From the NCBI GenBank assembly GCA_004431415.1, contig QPMI01000477.1, positions 310,001-374,000 on the forward strand: DNA of 64,000 nucleotides, in the 5' to 3' direction. Below are positions 10,280 through 22,385 of the stretch, one piece after another; the stretch's first letter is position 1, and each line of letters opens with the position of its first letter. The position numbers and the translations under genes are program-made. The DNA comes from Cyanophora paradoxa CCMP329 (taxonomy: Eukaryota > Plantae > Glaucophyta). The notes beneath the pieces are model-generated. The model was given only the letters and a program-made list of their open reading frames with translations. It was not told the DNA's origin and ran no database searches.

Positions 10280-11128
10280 AGTAACAGTAGTACAATGAAC
10301 TATAGTACCTTTTCACCACAGTACCAGGCCAGGCTGGGAAATTGCAACTCGGCGGCCGACGCTTACCTTTTGCTGCCAAATTTGACATTTGGGACCTGCG
10401 AACTACGGCTGGTCTGAGCTTGGAGAAGCAAAAAAATGCCACTGGAAACCTTGCCCAATGGTATATTTGTCCATTTCATTTGTTGAGTAGTAAAAAAACA
10501 TTCGGTTCCAGCCCGCATAGTACTGTGGTTTCGTGTACCCATGGGACCCTTTCGCTGGCGGAAAACGCCAATCGTTTACTACAGCGAGTCGAGTCAAAAA
10601 GCTTCAGTCTGAAACTCGGGCGATTTCGTGATTGGTCAATTTAAATCAAATTGGCTGGGTATGTCATAATTGCTTACTACGGCGAGTCGAGTCAAAAAGC
10701 CCCATGCAGTCGGAAACTCGAGCGATTTCGTGATTGGTCAATTTAAATCGATGGACTTATATATATATAGCTCACAGCTCGTTTTTTTTAACCGGTCGAC
10801 CCAAGTTCACCCAACACGGCTGAAAACCGGTTAAAATGAAATCGCTCTTCGGCTACATATGCATGGGTTGGCTGGGAACGCGGGCGCCGGCTAGCCCGGC
10901 TAGCACTTATCTACCCGGAAGCTTGCCGGCTACACGCTGACGTTGGCGCACTAGCCGGCTCGAAGCGGGTGAAAAGTTATCGCGATCGCCGGCTGCCCTA
11001 GGCCTTGCCCATACGTATACAACGGGCATGTCGAGTCGATTGGGAAAACAAAACGAGCTGTGCTGTACGGTCTGTACCCAGCTAGCAAGCGGGGGGGGTG
11101 CGGGGGGGGCGGAGCCCCCCTGCTTGTA
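10280..11128 (+). mobile_element. Non-autonomous dispersed element, copy 2 (contains the CACAG MITE at 10773-11062)
   Basis: Matches 2935-4026 except that it lacks the 3158-3399 MITE. Confidence 0.55.
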
Positions 11129-11368
11129 CTTGCCAAGTTGGGGTGCGGGGTGCAGCTTCGCAGCTTGGCGGCTAGGCCGGCGGCTAGGATCAGCCGTTTA
11201 CGTACCCCACACCAGAGCCCGCTGCCCGCGGGCCGGGCCGCGGCGGCCCGCCGCTGAGCGCGGCTGCGCGCTGACCCCGCCGCCCGCGCGCCACGCCAGC
11301 GACAATTTGAGCAGCGAGTGGCGGCTAGCGCTGTAAGCACTACACTTCTAGATCTCTACCAAGGGAAC

Positions 11369-12530
11369 ATGGCGCTGCACGTACGCAGCCGGACGCTGCC
11401 GAGCTCGAGGTTCGAGTCCGCTGATTACGCGGTGCATGCGCAGATCCCAGCGCTTCTCGACCTGCCGGACGCCCTGCTGCTTCACATCATTCAGCTCGCG
11501 TCGGCAAGCGTGAGCTCGAGCATGCGCAGCGGTGCGGACAAGCGCCTGTACTTTGGTTGGGACTGGGCATCAACGGAGGCCGAGCGCTCAGCGAAGCTCA
11601 GCGCGCTCGTCTCAGCAGTGGCTGCATCCTCGATCGCGAGCTGCAGCTGGACCTCCAAATTAAACCCGAGCTCGAGCAGAATCGTCCGACCGACCTTCGG
11701 CAACTCTGCCGCCTGTGGGGAGTGTGTCTTAGATTCGCACAGCTCGTGGCTTCGGGCGGCGCGGCGCAGCGGGCGCGCCTGGAGCTCTTTTTCGGGGCGC
11801 CAGCTACGTATACGGCGCCCGCTCCATCATCCGCATCCGAAGCTCCACCGGTACCGCCACGGTTCACGGCCGCGGAGGTGGAGGAGAAATTAAACTGGCC
11901 GCGGCCTCAGCGGGGGCGGCGCGCGCCGGCACCGAGGAACTCGACCTGACATTGTCCTTCCAGGTCCGCGCGCTTTCGGCGGCCGCCACTTGCGCCTCTC
12001 GTTCCCTTTGCGACGGCCGCGGCTCCGTCCTCGGCCGCGCAGGCCAAGCGCCGCCCGAATGAGCCCTTCTCCCGATCCCTCGCGCCGCTGGCCGCCGCCT
12101 GCCTTCCCATCCCTCCGCGCCTTAAGCTTAAGCTTCCACGTCGCCGCGGGCGGCGCCGGCGCCGGCGCCGCCTTCTCCCCGGCCGAGCTCGGCCGCGTGC
12201 CCATAGGCGCCTGGGGCCCCGATCACGTCGCCCCGCTCGCCTCCTCCCTGCCCCGCCTCTCCTGCCTGGACCTCGGGGCCTCCCGCTCAGCCCGGCGGCC
12301 CTCTCCGCCCTCGCGGCGCTCCCGCTCGCCGCCCTCCGCGCGACGGCGGCCTGCAGCGACCCCTCGGACCCGATGGATCCCGCCTCGGCCATCTCCTCCA
12401 CCTTCCCGGGGCTCGAGCACCTCCGCCTTCGAGACCCTGGACGTCCTCACGCACGTGCGGCCCGGCGAGCCCCGGTACCCCATCGCCGAGGAGTCCCTCG
12501 CCCCCCTCGCCTCCCTGCCCCGCCTCCGCG
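11369..12530 (+). pseudogene. Truncated, frameshifted F-box/LRR paralogue
   Basis: MALH|intron|IPALLDLPDALLLHIIQLA. The motif DLRQLCRLWGVC lies in a different frame, whereas it is in frame in the 28056 paralogue. WGPDHVAPLASSLPRLSCLDL is present, and the sequence stops at a junction with a TPR-gene fragment. Homopolymer sequencing error is not excluded. Confidence 0.6.
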
Positions 12531-12620
12531 GTCCGTGTTCGTTTCAGTATCCTCAGCTGTTTACTACGTCATCTATCTCACAGCCCTTCCTCCTCTCCGT
12601 CTGCCCTCACGGGGCGGGGC

Positions 12621-12993
12621 GGGGGCGCACGCTCTTGCCGGCGTCCCAGAGGGCGGCGACGAGGGCGGCGCGGGCCTCGCGCGCCTTGGGGAACTGCCGC
12701 ACCACCCCGCGCAGCTCCTGCAGCGCCTTCTCCCTGCGAGCGAGCGAGCGAGCGGGCGGGCGCGCGGGTGAGCGAGCGAAGCAGAGCAGAGCCGTTAACG
12801 TTGCAGCGAAGTATAGTGTTCCGATATCGATTCATTGCGGGGGCGGGCGGACCGCTGGCCGAGCTGGAAGAGCACGAGGCCGCGCTTGACGCGGGGCGAC
12901 GGGTCGTCCTCCGCCGCCGCCGCCGCCCGCACCAGCTCTCGCTCCGCATCCTCGTACCGGTTCAGCCTGAGGGGGGGAGGGGGGAAGAGGGGG
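12621..12993 (-). pseudogene. Two-exon internal fragment of the TPR gene (copy of ~19382-19795)
   Basis: Near-identical exons LNRYEDAERELVRAAAAAEDDPSPRVKRGLVLFQL and EKALQELRGVVRQFPKAREARAALVAALWDAGK. No upstream or downstream exons. Confidence 0.8.
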
Positions 12994-13176
12994 GTTCAGC
13001 CTTTTGCAGTATCAAGTGCTTATTCTGAGCTTTTTTCGAGTAACCACGGTGAAGCAAACCCCGCGTGGGAAGTGGAACAAACTATTCTTAGATAACATAA
13101 TTACAAAAGTAAGTGTACAAGAGCTGTCTTTCTTATCTTTCTTATAGTTATGCTTTGTGGGCCTGTGAAATTTCGA

Positions 13177-16100
13177 TCACGATTTATGCGCACGGCGGTC
13201 GGCCTTGCCGGCGCCGCGCCCGCCGTCGGCGCCGAGCCGCTCCCGGCAGGCCGCGATCGCCTCGCCAAGGTCGACGATGCGCCGCTGCCGGGGGGAGAAG
13301 TACGCCTGCGCCGAAAGGCGCCCATCGGCGAGAGATGCGCGCGCGCGGCGGGACGGGCGGCAAACGGGGGTACCGGGTAGCGGTCGTAGAGCTCCTCCTT
13401 AGCGCGCTCGAGGCAGGCGAGAGCCTTGGCCCACGCCCCGTACCCCATGTGCGCCATTGCCAGCTGCGCGCCCGCGGGGCGCCGGCGTCGGCGCGGGCGC
13501 TCGGGGCGGGCGCGGTGCTAGCGCTGCAGCTGCGGCCCGACCTGGTAGGTCATGTGGCCCTCGATGAAGGGCGCGATGGACTTGGGCAGGAGGCGGAAAC
13601 GGCGGGTCAGGGCCAGGGCCCATGAGTTCGCCTGCGGGGCGGAGGGGCGCGCGGCGCCGGCCGTCAGCTGGTTCTCGGATCGGCCCGCCGGGCACGCGGG
13701 CGAACCTGCGCGAAGTCCTCCGCCGTGTAGGCCTTGCTCAGGCGCCCGGGGCGGACCTTGCCCTCGACAAAGAGCGACTGCGCGCAGGTGAGCTGCGGGA
13801 AAGGATGCGATCCCGAAGGGGGGGGGGGGGATGCAGGGACGGACCGACATGCTGCGGCCGTACCACAACAAATCCATATGCTGCCGGAGACAGAGGCGAT
13901 GAGATTTCGGGGGCGCGGGGCGCGGGGGGGGGTGGGGTTGAGAGGGGAGGGGTTTAGGGGGGGGGGGGGGGTGAGGGGGGAGGAGGGGGACGAGGGGGGG
14001 GGGAGGGAGGGGTTTGAGTGGGGGGAGGGAGGGGGGCGAGGAGGGGGGGGGGTTGCGGGGGGGGGGGGGGGGGTTGAGGGGGGGGGGGGGGCGGGAAGGG
14101 AAGGCGAGGGGTGGGGCTGCGCTTGCCGGCTCCGAGTGGCGCCGCAGGCGCTGCATGATCGCCGTCATCCGCCGCGCGTGCTGCGCGCGCGACAGTCACC
14201 TCGGGGGCGGAAAGAGAAGAAGCGGGGGCGGAGCGCGCGGCCCGGTCGCGGGGCGCCGGCGGGGCGGGGCGGGGCGGGGCGGGGCGGGGCGGGGCGCGCC
14301 GCCCTGGCGCACCCTTACAAGGCCAGCGAGGTCGCCCCCGTGGAAGCAGGCGTGCGCGGTCGTCAGCTCGAACCGGTCCGCCGTCACCCTGCGCCCGGCC
14401 ACGCGCGGTCAGAGAGAGAGAGATCTAGAGACTCTGCAGAGCTCGCGCCGGCCGCGGCGGGTCGGGAGCGGGGCGCTCGCACCGGTACTCGTTGGGGAGC
14501 GTCTCGAGGACGGCGACGGCGCGCTGGAGCATGCCGGCCGTGTCGCGCGCCCGCCCGTAGAAGAGCGTGTTGTGCGCTGCCGGCGAACTCGAGACTTTAG
14601 GACAGAACGGTTGGACGCGCGGCGGAGCGCGAGTCTGGATCAGATAGAGGGCTCGAGAGACGACTAGATGGGGACGCGAGCGAGCGGGCGGGGCGGGACA
14701 CTGTCACTCAGGCTAGGAGCGCTTAATCTTTCCGGAGGAGAAGACAGGGCGGGGCGGGGCGGGGCGGCGGGGCGGGGCGGACCGAGGGCGCGGAGGACAC
14801 GGACTTCGTTGAAGCGGTCCGCCGGCTCCGGTCCCGTGAAGAAGTACATCTGCACGCGTGGCGCAGCTGCTGCGTCAGAACAGTTGCGATGCGACACAAT
14901 ATCGTTAGTCCGTGTCACATGCCGCGCGTATCGTTAACCCGCTTTTGCGGCGCGCTTCGTGCCTAGGGGCGCCCTAGTGCCTTCTTGCTCTTGAACATCG
15001 GCCCGGCCGGCCCCTCGCCTCACCTTGTCGTACACGGTCTGGACGTCGTCGTAGCGGGCGGGGTCCCGCGCTGCGGGAGGGGGGCGCGCGCGGGCGTCAG
15101 AGGGGCGCGCGGCAGCCTCCGCCTCAGCCGCCGCCGCGCACCGAGGGCCTCGGCGAGCTCGATGAGGATGTCCGCCTCGAGCCGCGAGGGCGTACCCCCC
15201 GCCCGGATCACCTGAGGCGCCGCCACCCCCGCCCGTGAGGCCCGCCCAGAGCTGACGCGCGGGGCCCGCGCCCGGCCGCGCACCTGGCTCCACGCGGTGA
15301 AGTCTGCGGAAGGGCAGGCCCCGCGAGCGTCAGAGCGGCGAGGACAGGAAGGGAGAGAGAAGGGGGGTGGGGGAAGTGGGGGGGGGGGGGGGGGGGGGGG
15401 AGCGGCAGGCCGGGGCGCACAGAGGTCGATCGCCTCGTTAATTTCGAAAAACTGCCGGCGCGGCCGGCGGCGGGGGCGGTCAGGCGCCAGGCGGGCGGAC
15501 GGAGCGGGCGGCGGGGCGCCGGCGGGCGGAGGGGCGGGCGCACGAGGAGGTGGCCGAAGGCGCGGCGGCCGGTCGCGCGGGCCGCCAGCAGCGGCTCCGC
15601 CGCCCCGTGCGGCTTCACCGCCTCCGCCGCCTGCCCGCAAGTGAGCGGAACAGCGGAGCGGAGCGGAAGGGCGGAGGGGCGGGGCGGGACCTTGTCGAGG
15701 AGGGCGAAGACGTGGTCGCGGCCCACTGGCAGCAGGTCCGGAGGCAGCACGTGCATCTGCGGACACGCATGTGGCCGGGCGCTTAGCGCAGAGCGGAGCC
15801 GGAGCCGCGGGCCCCAGCGAGATCTAGATCTAGATCTAGATCTAGATGGAGGCTGGATAGGAGGGCGGACCGGGCCGGTGGCGACGGCGATGCAGCGCCA
15901 GCAGTGCTCAGCCATAAGCGCCGCGTCCGCCCTGCGGCCCCGGCGGCGTCAGCGGCGCGGCGCACGCCCCGTGCACGCCGTGGCGGCGGCGCGCGCACAG
16001 CTGCGTGAAGAAGTCGGCGTGGGCGCTCGTGAGCGCGTCGTGCCACGCCGCGTACACGCCCTCCACCTGCCGCCGGCCGGGCCCGAGTCGGCGGCGGGAA

Positions 16101-17700
16101 GGGGGGGGGGGAGCGGGGGGTACGGGATCGGCGCACGAAGTGGGGGCTGCCCGAGAGCCTCAGGTCCTCGAGGTACCCCCGGACGCGCCCGCGGCCCTCC
16201 TCGTCGGCGAAGAGGGGGGTATCGAATACCTCGGGCAGGGAGAGGGCGGCGGCGAGGTCCGTGCAGGCGCGGACGAGGCGCGCGGGGGCGGCCCACGAGG
16301 CGTCCACGGGGTGCCGCGCCCCCACCTGGCCCCGGAATCACTCCGACGGGACTCGAACCCAGGACGGGCGGAGACGGGGCGCGGACCTCGCTTGCCACCG
16401 CCCGCAGTGCCTCCGCCGCCGCCGCGACGCATTTGACGGCCTCTTCCCGCGCCGCCTCGCTCCCGTGGCGGAAGGGCGGCGGAAGGTGCGCTGCCGGCGG
16501 CGGCGAGCGCCGCCGGCCCAGCCCCCCGCTCGAGGGCCGCCGCCGCCGTGCCGCCGGTCCGCCGCCGTCGTCGTCGGCCCTGCGCGCCCGCCCGCACGTT
16601 CGGCGGCGGCGGCGGCGGCGGGCGGCGGCGGGGCGGGCGGGGCGGCGGCGCACGTCAGCGTGGTGCCCGCGTCGCAGTTCGAGTCCGCCGACGGCGGCCT
16701 GCGCCCCTCCGTGAGCCGCGGGCGGGAGGCGCCGGGGAGGCGGCTGGCGCGCCTGGTTTGGATCGCGGGCGCCAACGGCTCGGCCTCCCACCACCGCCCG
16801 AGGCGCTGGAACGCGTCGATGAGCGCCGCGTCCTCCTCGCCGGCCGCCGCCTCCTCCCGCCGCTGCCCGCGCCGCCCGCGTCAGCCTCGCGCGGCGCCGG
16901 CGCCGGCGGGCGGCGCCGGCCCGGGGCGGGGCGGGGCGCGCCTCGTCCAGGGCCCGCTTCTGGCTCGGTGGCGCGGGGCGGGGCGCGACCCGAACGGTAA
17001 AGAGCCGACCGGCGTCCCGTCTGGGCCCCCGACGACCAGCCTGCGGCACCCCGTCGGGCCCGGCAGCGCCCGCGGCGGCGCGGGCGGGACGCACCGCAGC
17101 GTCTCCGTCTCCGCCAGGGCGAAGCCGGGTCGGGGTTGGCCGGGACTGCGCGCGCGGCGGCCGGTCAGCAGCTGCAGGCGCGGCGCGCAGGGCCCCCAGC
17201 GGCGCACTGATGCAGAAGCGCTCATCGCAGACGCCGCCGTCGCCCACAGTGAGGCCGATTCGCGGCCGCGCGACGCCGTAAGGCTCCGCCCCCGCCGGCG
17301 TCGCGAGCGCGAGCGCCGTGCTCGGCCCTGCCGGCCGCACGCGTCGGCGGGGAGCGCCGCGCCGGAAGCCGGCACGGCACGCACCGGCGGGCTCAATATG
17401 CAGCTGCAGGACGCGCCGCGCCGCGGGCTCTTGCTCGGAACTCGAGTCGGGAGTCGTCCCGGGCGTCGAGCTGGGCGAGCCCGCACACAAAGCAACCCTG
17501 TACCGCCTCCCGACGACGAGGTTGAAGTCAGCGCCGCTGCCCGCAGGCGCACGCTCGGCGAGAGGAGGCCGCGGTATGACTTGGTTCTGCCCGCTCGTAC
17601 GCGTCCGCGTGAGCGCAGAAAAGAGCGGGAAGCAAGAGATGAAACGCACTCGCGATGTCCGGATCACGCGGCCCTGGTCGTGCAGGATCTCCAGCTGCAT
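13177..17700 (-). CDS. Multi-exon hypothetical protein, copy 2 (tandem paralogue of 4887-9267)
   Basis: Same start peptide, exon series and C-terminus (...ADRRAHKS*). Confidence 0.7.
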
Positions 17701-18369
17701 GTTTCCCGGCGCCCCGCCGCCCGCCGCGCCTCGCCGGCGCTACTACACCTATGCAGATGCAGACAGTCTACGCCTCAAGGGCCGAAGCCTCGCAGACAGT
17801 CTACAGATGCAGATGCAGACAGTCTACGCCCGCCGCGCCCCGCCGCGCCCCGGCCCGCGGCCGCCCGCCGCCTGCCGCGCCCCGCTGGCAGTACTAGAGC
17901 CGCGAAGATACAGCTACAGCTCTTTATCGACCTCGCTTCGTCGGGTGCAGCGTGGCAGACCGTCGGACGCGTATATGGAATGTTTCCGAGTTCCGATGCG
18001 CATGCAGATGTACTGCACAACAAGCAAGCTATAGCGACCGCGCGTGCTCTCTGCAGCTGCAGGCTGCAGCTGTGGGCCTGTTGTGGGCCTGTTGTGGCTA
18101 GCTCGTCGAGCACATATCGGCCGCGGCCGTGCGAGAGAGAGCGTTACCTCAGCTTACCTGCAGGGCTAGACGTCGGAGCCTTTGACGTTGCTTCTGGCTA
18201 GAGGTCTAGCCGTCTAGGTGCGCGTACCCCGGGCCAGGGCGCTCCGCTGCGCATCAGGCATATGCATGCGCATATCTGGGCATGCATGCGCTCGGCGCCG
18301 GCTGCGTGCCGACCGCGCCACCCGCGCGCCACGCGCGCCAGCGACGATTTGAAGCAGTGGTGCTGGAGA

Positions 18370-18552
18370 GTACATGACGTCGGCACGCACGCAGCCGCAC
18401 GCTGCCGAGGTTCGAGTCCGCGCTTATTCGCTGCTCAGCGGCTCACCAAGCTTCGAGAACGTACTGAATTACGCAGTGCATCCGCGCAGATCCCAGCGCT
18501 TCTCGACCTAGGCCTGCCGGACGCCCTGCTGTTGTGCATCATTCAGCTCGCT
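18370..18552 (+). pseudogene. Remnant of the F-box gene 5' end
   Basis: AQIPALLDLGLPDALLLCIIQLAS is homologous to 11440-11500. The rest of the gene is absent. Confidence 0.7.
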
Positions 18553-18902
18553 TCAGATCGTCGTGTACACGTTGTAGATATTCATTTGTGTTGAATTAAT
18601 ATTTGTACAGCAGTCTTGGAAGTACTGGTCGTGCCGAATCTAGCTCTAGATCTCCGGGGCCGGGGCCGAGAGCCTACCGCGCGATGGCAAAGTCCGCGTC
18701 GTTGCCTGGGCGAGGGAGATCAGGAAAGGGGGGGGTGGAGGAGGGATGATAAGAGATCCCACTATTCAGGAAAGGGGGGAGGGGAGGGGGGGTGGGGGGT
18801 GGAGGAGGGATGATAAGACGGCTGGTCACGGGCGGCTGTGCAGGGATTGCTAGATTGCGGGGCTGGAGGGAGGGAGGGGGCGGCGGCGGGGGCGGCAAGG
18901 CT

Positions 18903-21107
18903 CTACTCTATCAAGAGAGGTCCCACGTAGGAGAAGCGGGGGCGGGGCGCACCGCCGAGCCAGCGGTCGGTGAGGAAGGAGTCGATGGCGTCGATGGCGG
19001 CGGGGGGCCACCGGTACCGCACCGAGATCCAACGAACGTCCTGCGAGACCCGCCGTTAGTATAACTTTATTGCAATTGCAAGTTGACCTAATAAAATGAT
19101 GACTTCTAGCGCAAATGACTTAAGCTTTTAGGGCAACTTAAAACTAGAAGATCACAGCACGTCCTGATCCACCGTTCCTATCATTAAGCCCCGAGCGGGG
19201 CGGGGGGGAGGCGGGGGGAGGGGGGGGGGAGGGGGAGAGGGGGGGCACCTTGGCGCGGGGATCGTTCTTCAACGCCTCCTTCCACTCCCGCACCGCCTCC
19301 CCCTGCGCCCCCGCACGCTCAGAAGGGAGGAAGGACCAAGGCTGAACCTCCTCGAAGCGGGGGCCTCGAGCTCGGAGTCAAGGGGGCGCACGCTCTTGCC
19401 GGCGTCCCAGAGGGCGGCGACGAGGGCGGCGCGGGCCTCGCGGGCCTTGGGGAACTGCCGCACCACCCCGCGCAGCTCCTGCAGCGCCTTCTCCCTGGGG
19501 GCGGGGGGAGGGGGGGGGGGGGGGGGTGTGAGCCAAGCCGAGCTGAGCTGAGCAGAGCAGAGCAGAGCCGCTGCAACGGAGTTTGTAGTGTCACGGCGTT
19601 CTAAAACGTTCCTCTAATCTATCGCGGGGGCGGGCGGGGCGGGACGGGCGGACCGCTGGCCGAGCTGGAAGAGGACGAGGCCACGCTTGACGCGGGGCGA
19701 CGGGTCGTCCTCCGCCGCCGCCGCCGCCCGCACCAGCTCTCGCTCCGCATCCTCGTACCGGTTCAGCCTGGGGGGGGGGAGAGGAAGAGGGGGATACGCT
19801 CAGTACGGCCGCTTGTCTTCGATGGGGTCGCGCGAGAGGGGGGTACGGGGCACCGCGAGAGGGCGTCGGCGCGGCCGAGGAGGGCGGGTAAGCTGTCCCC
19901 GTCGAGGGATACCGCGAGCGCGTAAGCAGCCTCCGCCTCCTCGTCCCTGGGGGGAGGGGGGTAAGGCGAAGGGGGTACATGGTTTGAGGGAGTGGGGGGT
20001 ACCGGTCGATCTCCTGGAGGGCATGCCCCTTGGCGATGGCGATGTCCCGGCGAAGGAAGACGTTCTGGGGGGAGTAAGGGAGGAGGGGGTACGGGCGGCT
20101 CGGGGCGAGGGGGGGTACCGGGAACTTGGAGGGGCAGGCCTGGGCCCGTTTGTCGGCCTCCTCTAGGTCGGCGATCGCGCTCTTCACCTGAGCGCGCTGA
20201 GGATCAGGCGTCCGTTGGGGCTGGGGCGGGGGGTACGCGGGCGGACCAGCTCGGGGTTGAGAACGAAGTTCAGGTCGCGGGAGCGCTTCAGCTTGGCCGC
20301 GGCCCGGTACTTGTACACCCCCTGCGAAGCCCCGTCGCGCGGGGCGGCGGAAGCGGGGCGTCGCGCGGCCCTCGGGGGAAGGGTACCGGTTTCGGGTACA
20401 CTTTGGCGACGTCCGTCCAGAGCGTCTCGGCCCGCCTGCGGCGCGGCGCAGTCCGGTCGGCGGCGCGGCGCGGCGCGGCGCGGCGCGGCGCGGCGCGGCG
20501 CGGGGCGGTCGAAGGCGCCGCGCATGCGCACTCGTAATCGCCCCGGTCCATCGCGTCCAGAGCCTCAGTCGCCCGCGCCTGCCGCGCCGCGCGCTCGCCC
20601 GAGGGGCCCCGGAGCCCGCCGGGGAAGACCTTGAAGACCGCGCACCTTGAAGACCTCGCTGTCGCGCGAGCCGTCCTTGAGATCCACGCAGAACTGCGCC
20701 GCGATGCGATCGCTGCGCGCGCGCGCGCAAGCGCCCGGGTTATGATGGGGTCCGTCGCGGACGGGCGGGGCCCGGGAAGCGCTAGGGAACGTCAGACAGG
20801 CGGAAGCTAACCTCGTCCCGGGTTCCGGAGGCCGCTCCGCCGCGGCCAGCGCCCCGGTTGGCGCAGCGAGACTGACAGCGAGCGCCAGCAGCGCGGCCTT
20901 CGCCCCCGCGGCCACGAGCGTACGCTGAGAAGACGTCGACGCATCGTACGAGCATTCCACCGGCTGCAGCTGCGTTGGTTTCTGCCGGGGCGCCGAGCTC
21001 CGGCCGCCAGGGCGGCAAGCGCGCGCGAGCCTCTGACTGGTCGATCCAAATACGGCAGCCGCAGTGCCGGCCGCCGGGGGCGGCAGCGGAGCCACGAAGC
21101 AGTTCAT
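18903..21107 (-). CDS. Plastid (thylakoid lumen)-targeted TPR protein of cyanobacterial type
   Basis: Presequence MNCFVAPLP..., then hydrophobic AALLALAVSLAAPTGALA-AAE. The C-terminal exons ELRGVVRQFPKAREARAALVAALWDAG, QGEAVREW and DVRWISVRYRWPPAAIDAIDSFL match the conserved cyanobacterial/plant TPR family ending ...AALTAALW...GEAESNW...RRWPP. Confidence 0.75.
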
Positions 21108-21152
21108 TCGGTCGAGACGGGTACACTGCTCGAAGCGCGTGCAGCTCGTTCG

Positions 21153-22098
21153 ATGGCACCGAGCGCACCCAGCAAGGAGTCTATGGAGTCCCGGAGAGGC
21201 CGGCAGCTGCAGGAGACTCGGCAGAATCCCTGGGCCATCGAGTACAGTATCCACGAGGCCCCCGCGCTTCTCAAGTGCGCCGCTGCGGGGAATGCGCTTC
21301 TCTAGCACCGAGAGAGCGCGCCCGGCTTTGCTGAGACTCGGCGCAGGCGCGAGGCGGCGCTCACGTTCCCGCATAATGAGATCAAGGAGAAGGATCTGCT
21401 CATCGTGCCCTGCTGCCAGGTACGGTCGCGTGCAGCTCTTCTCGCAGCTCTTCTTCTCGCGCTGATCGGCCGGCGCGCGCTCATCCCGCAGCCAGTCACC
21501 GTCGACCTCATCGCGTGGGGCCCGAAGGAGCAGGAGGAGAAGGACCGATGCCTCGAGATGGTGGGTGCTATCTCTTGCTTTCGCTGCGTCGCCTAGCAGC
21601 CCGCGCCGCGACCCCGGGCCGCGCCACGCGCTAATCAGCGCGCGACGTTTCAGTTCATCGCTTGGGGGAAGCGCGTGTGCGAGGCCGTCCGTGCGCAAGG
21701 CCACTGGGCCGACGTCACGGATCCCTGCTCCGGCCTTCCGGTGCGCTGGGAAGCCTGGAGCGCCGCCGCGCGCCCCGCCCGCTCCCCAGCCCGGCCCGCG
21801 CGTCGCCGACAGCCTTCCTTCCCTGCAGCTCCTCAGCGAGCGGGGAAACCACATCTACAGCGACGTCGAAGCGTTGGAGCTGCTGCTTCGGTACAAGACC
21901 GTCGACATCGGCGGCTGCCGCGTCCTCTCGCACCCCAAGTGGGGCTACCGCGTGTACCCCACCACCCTCTTCTCCACCGCCCCCCTCGCCGTCCTGACCG
22001 CCGCCCTGGAGACCGCCGACGCATCTACCCCCCCGCCCTTCCCCTCCCCCGACGCCGGGGCCGCCCCCGCCAGCGTCCGGCACAGCTGCTGCGCATAG
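21153..22098 (+). CDS. MMADHC: Cobalamin trafficking protein CblD/MMADHC-like
   Basis: IEYSIHEAP, EQEEKDRCLE, GHWADVTDPCSGLP, IYSDVE and IGGCRVLSHPKWGYRVYPTTLFSTAP. The start is ATG 21153 or 21183. Confidence 0.85.
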
Positions 22099-22385
22099 CG
22101 CAGCGCTGGCTGAAAGGTGGCCACCTTACGCTTAAGCTTGGGGCCAGATATGTTGTATGTGGTCCAGGGTTAGGATATAGAGCATATGCTTCGATCGTAG
22201 ATTTCATGCAGGATAGCTTATGACCCCCGCAGCTGATTGTGTGTATTGATATCGATATATATATATGCAGCAACGTATCTTTCAGATGACCTAGGCTATC
22301 TATCTACGTCTACGTACGTCTATGTAGCGCGTGCGCGCACTGTTCTGCAATGAAATGAGACAAGGACCCCGCGTTCATGCAATCT

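Noticed and set aside
2935-11128. LTR retrotransposon (direct repeats as LTRs)
   Set aside because: No TG...CA ends, TSD, PBS/PPT or gag/pol. The interior is an intron-rich host gene.
16261-18201. 646-aa and other long Arg/Gly/Pro/Ala-rich ORFs in the track
   Set aside because: These are antisense or shadow frames caused by the scarcity of stop codons at very high GC. The real genes are spliced on the opposite strand.
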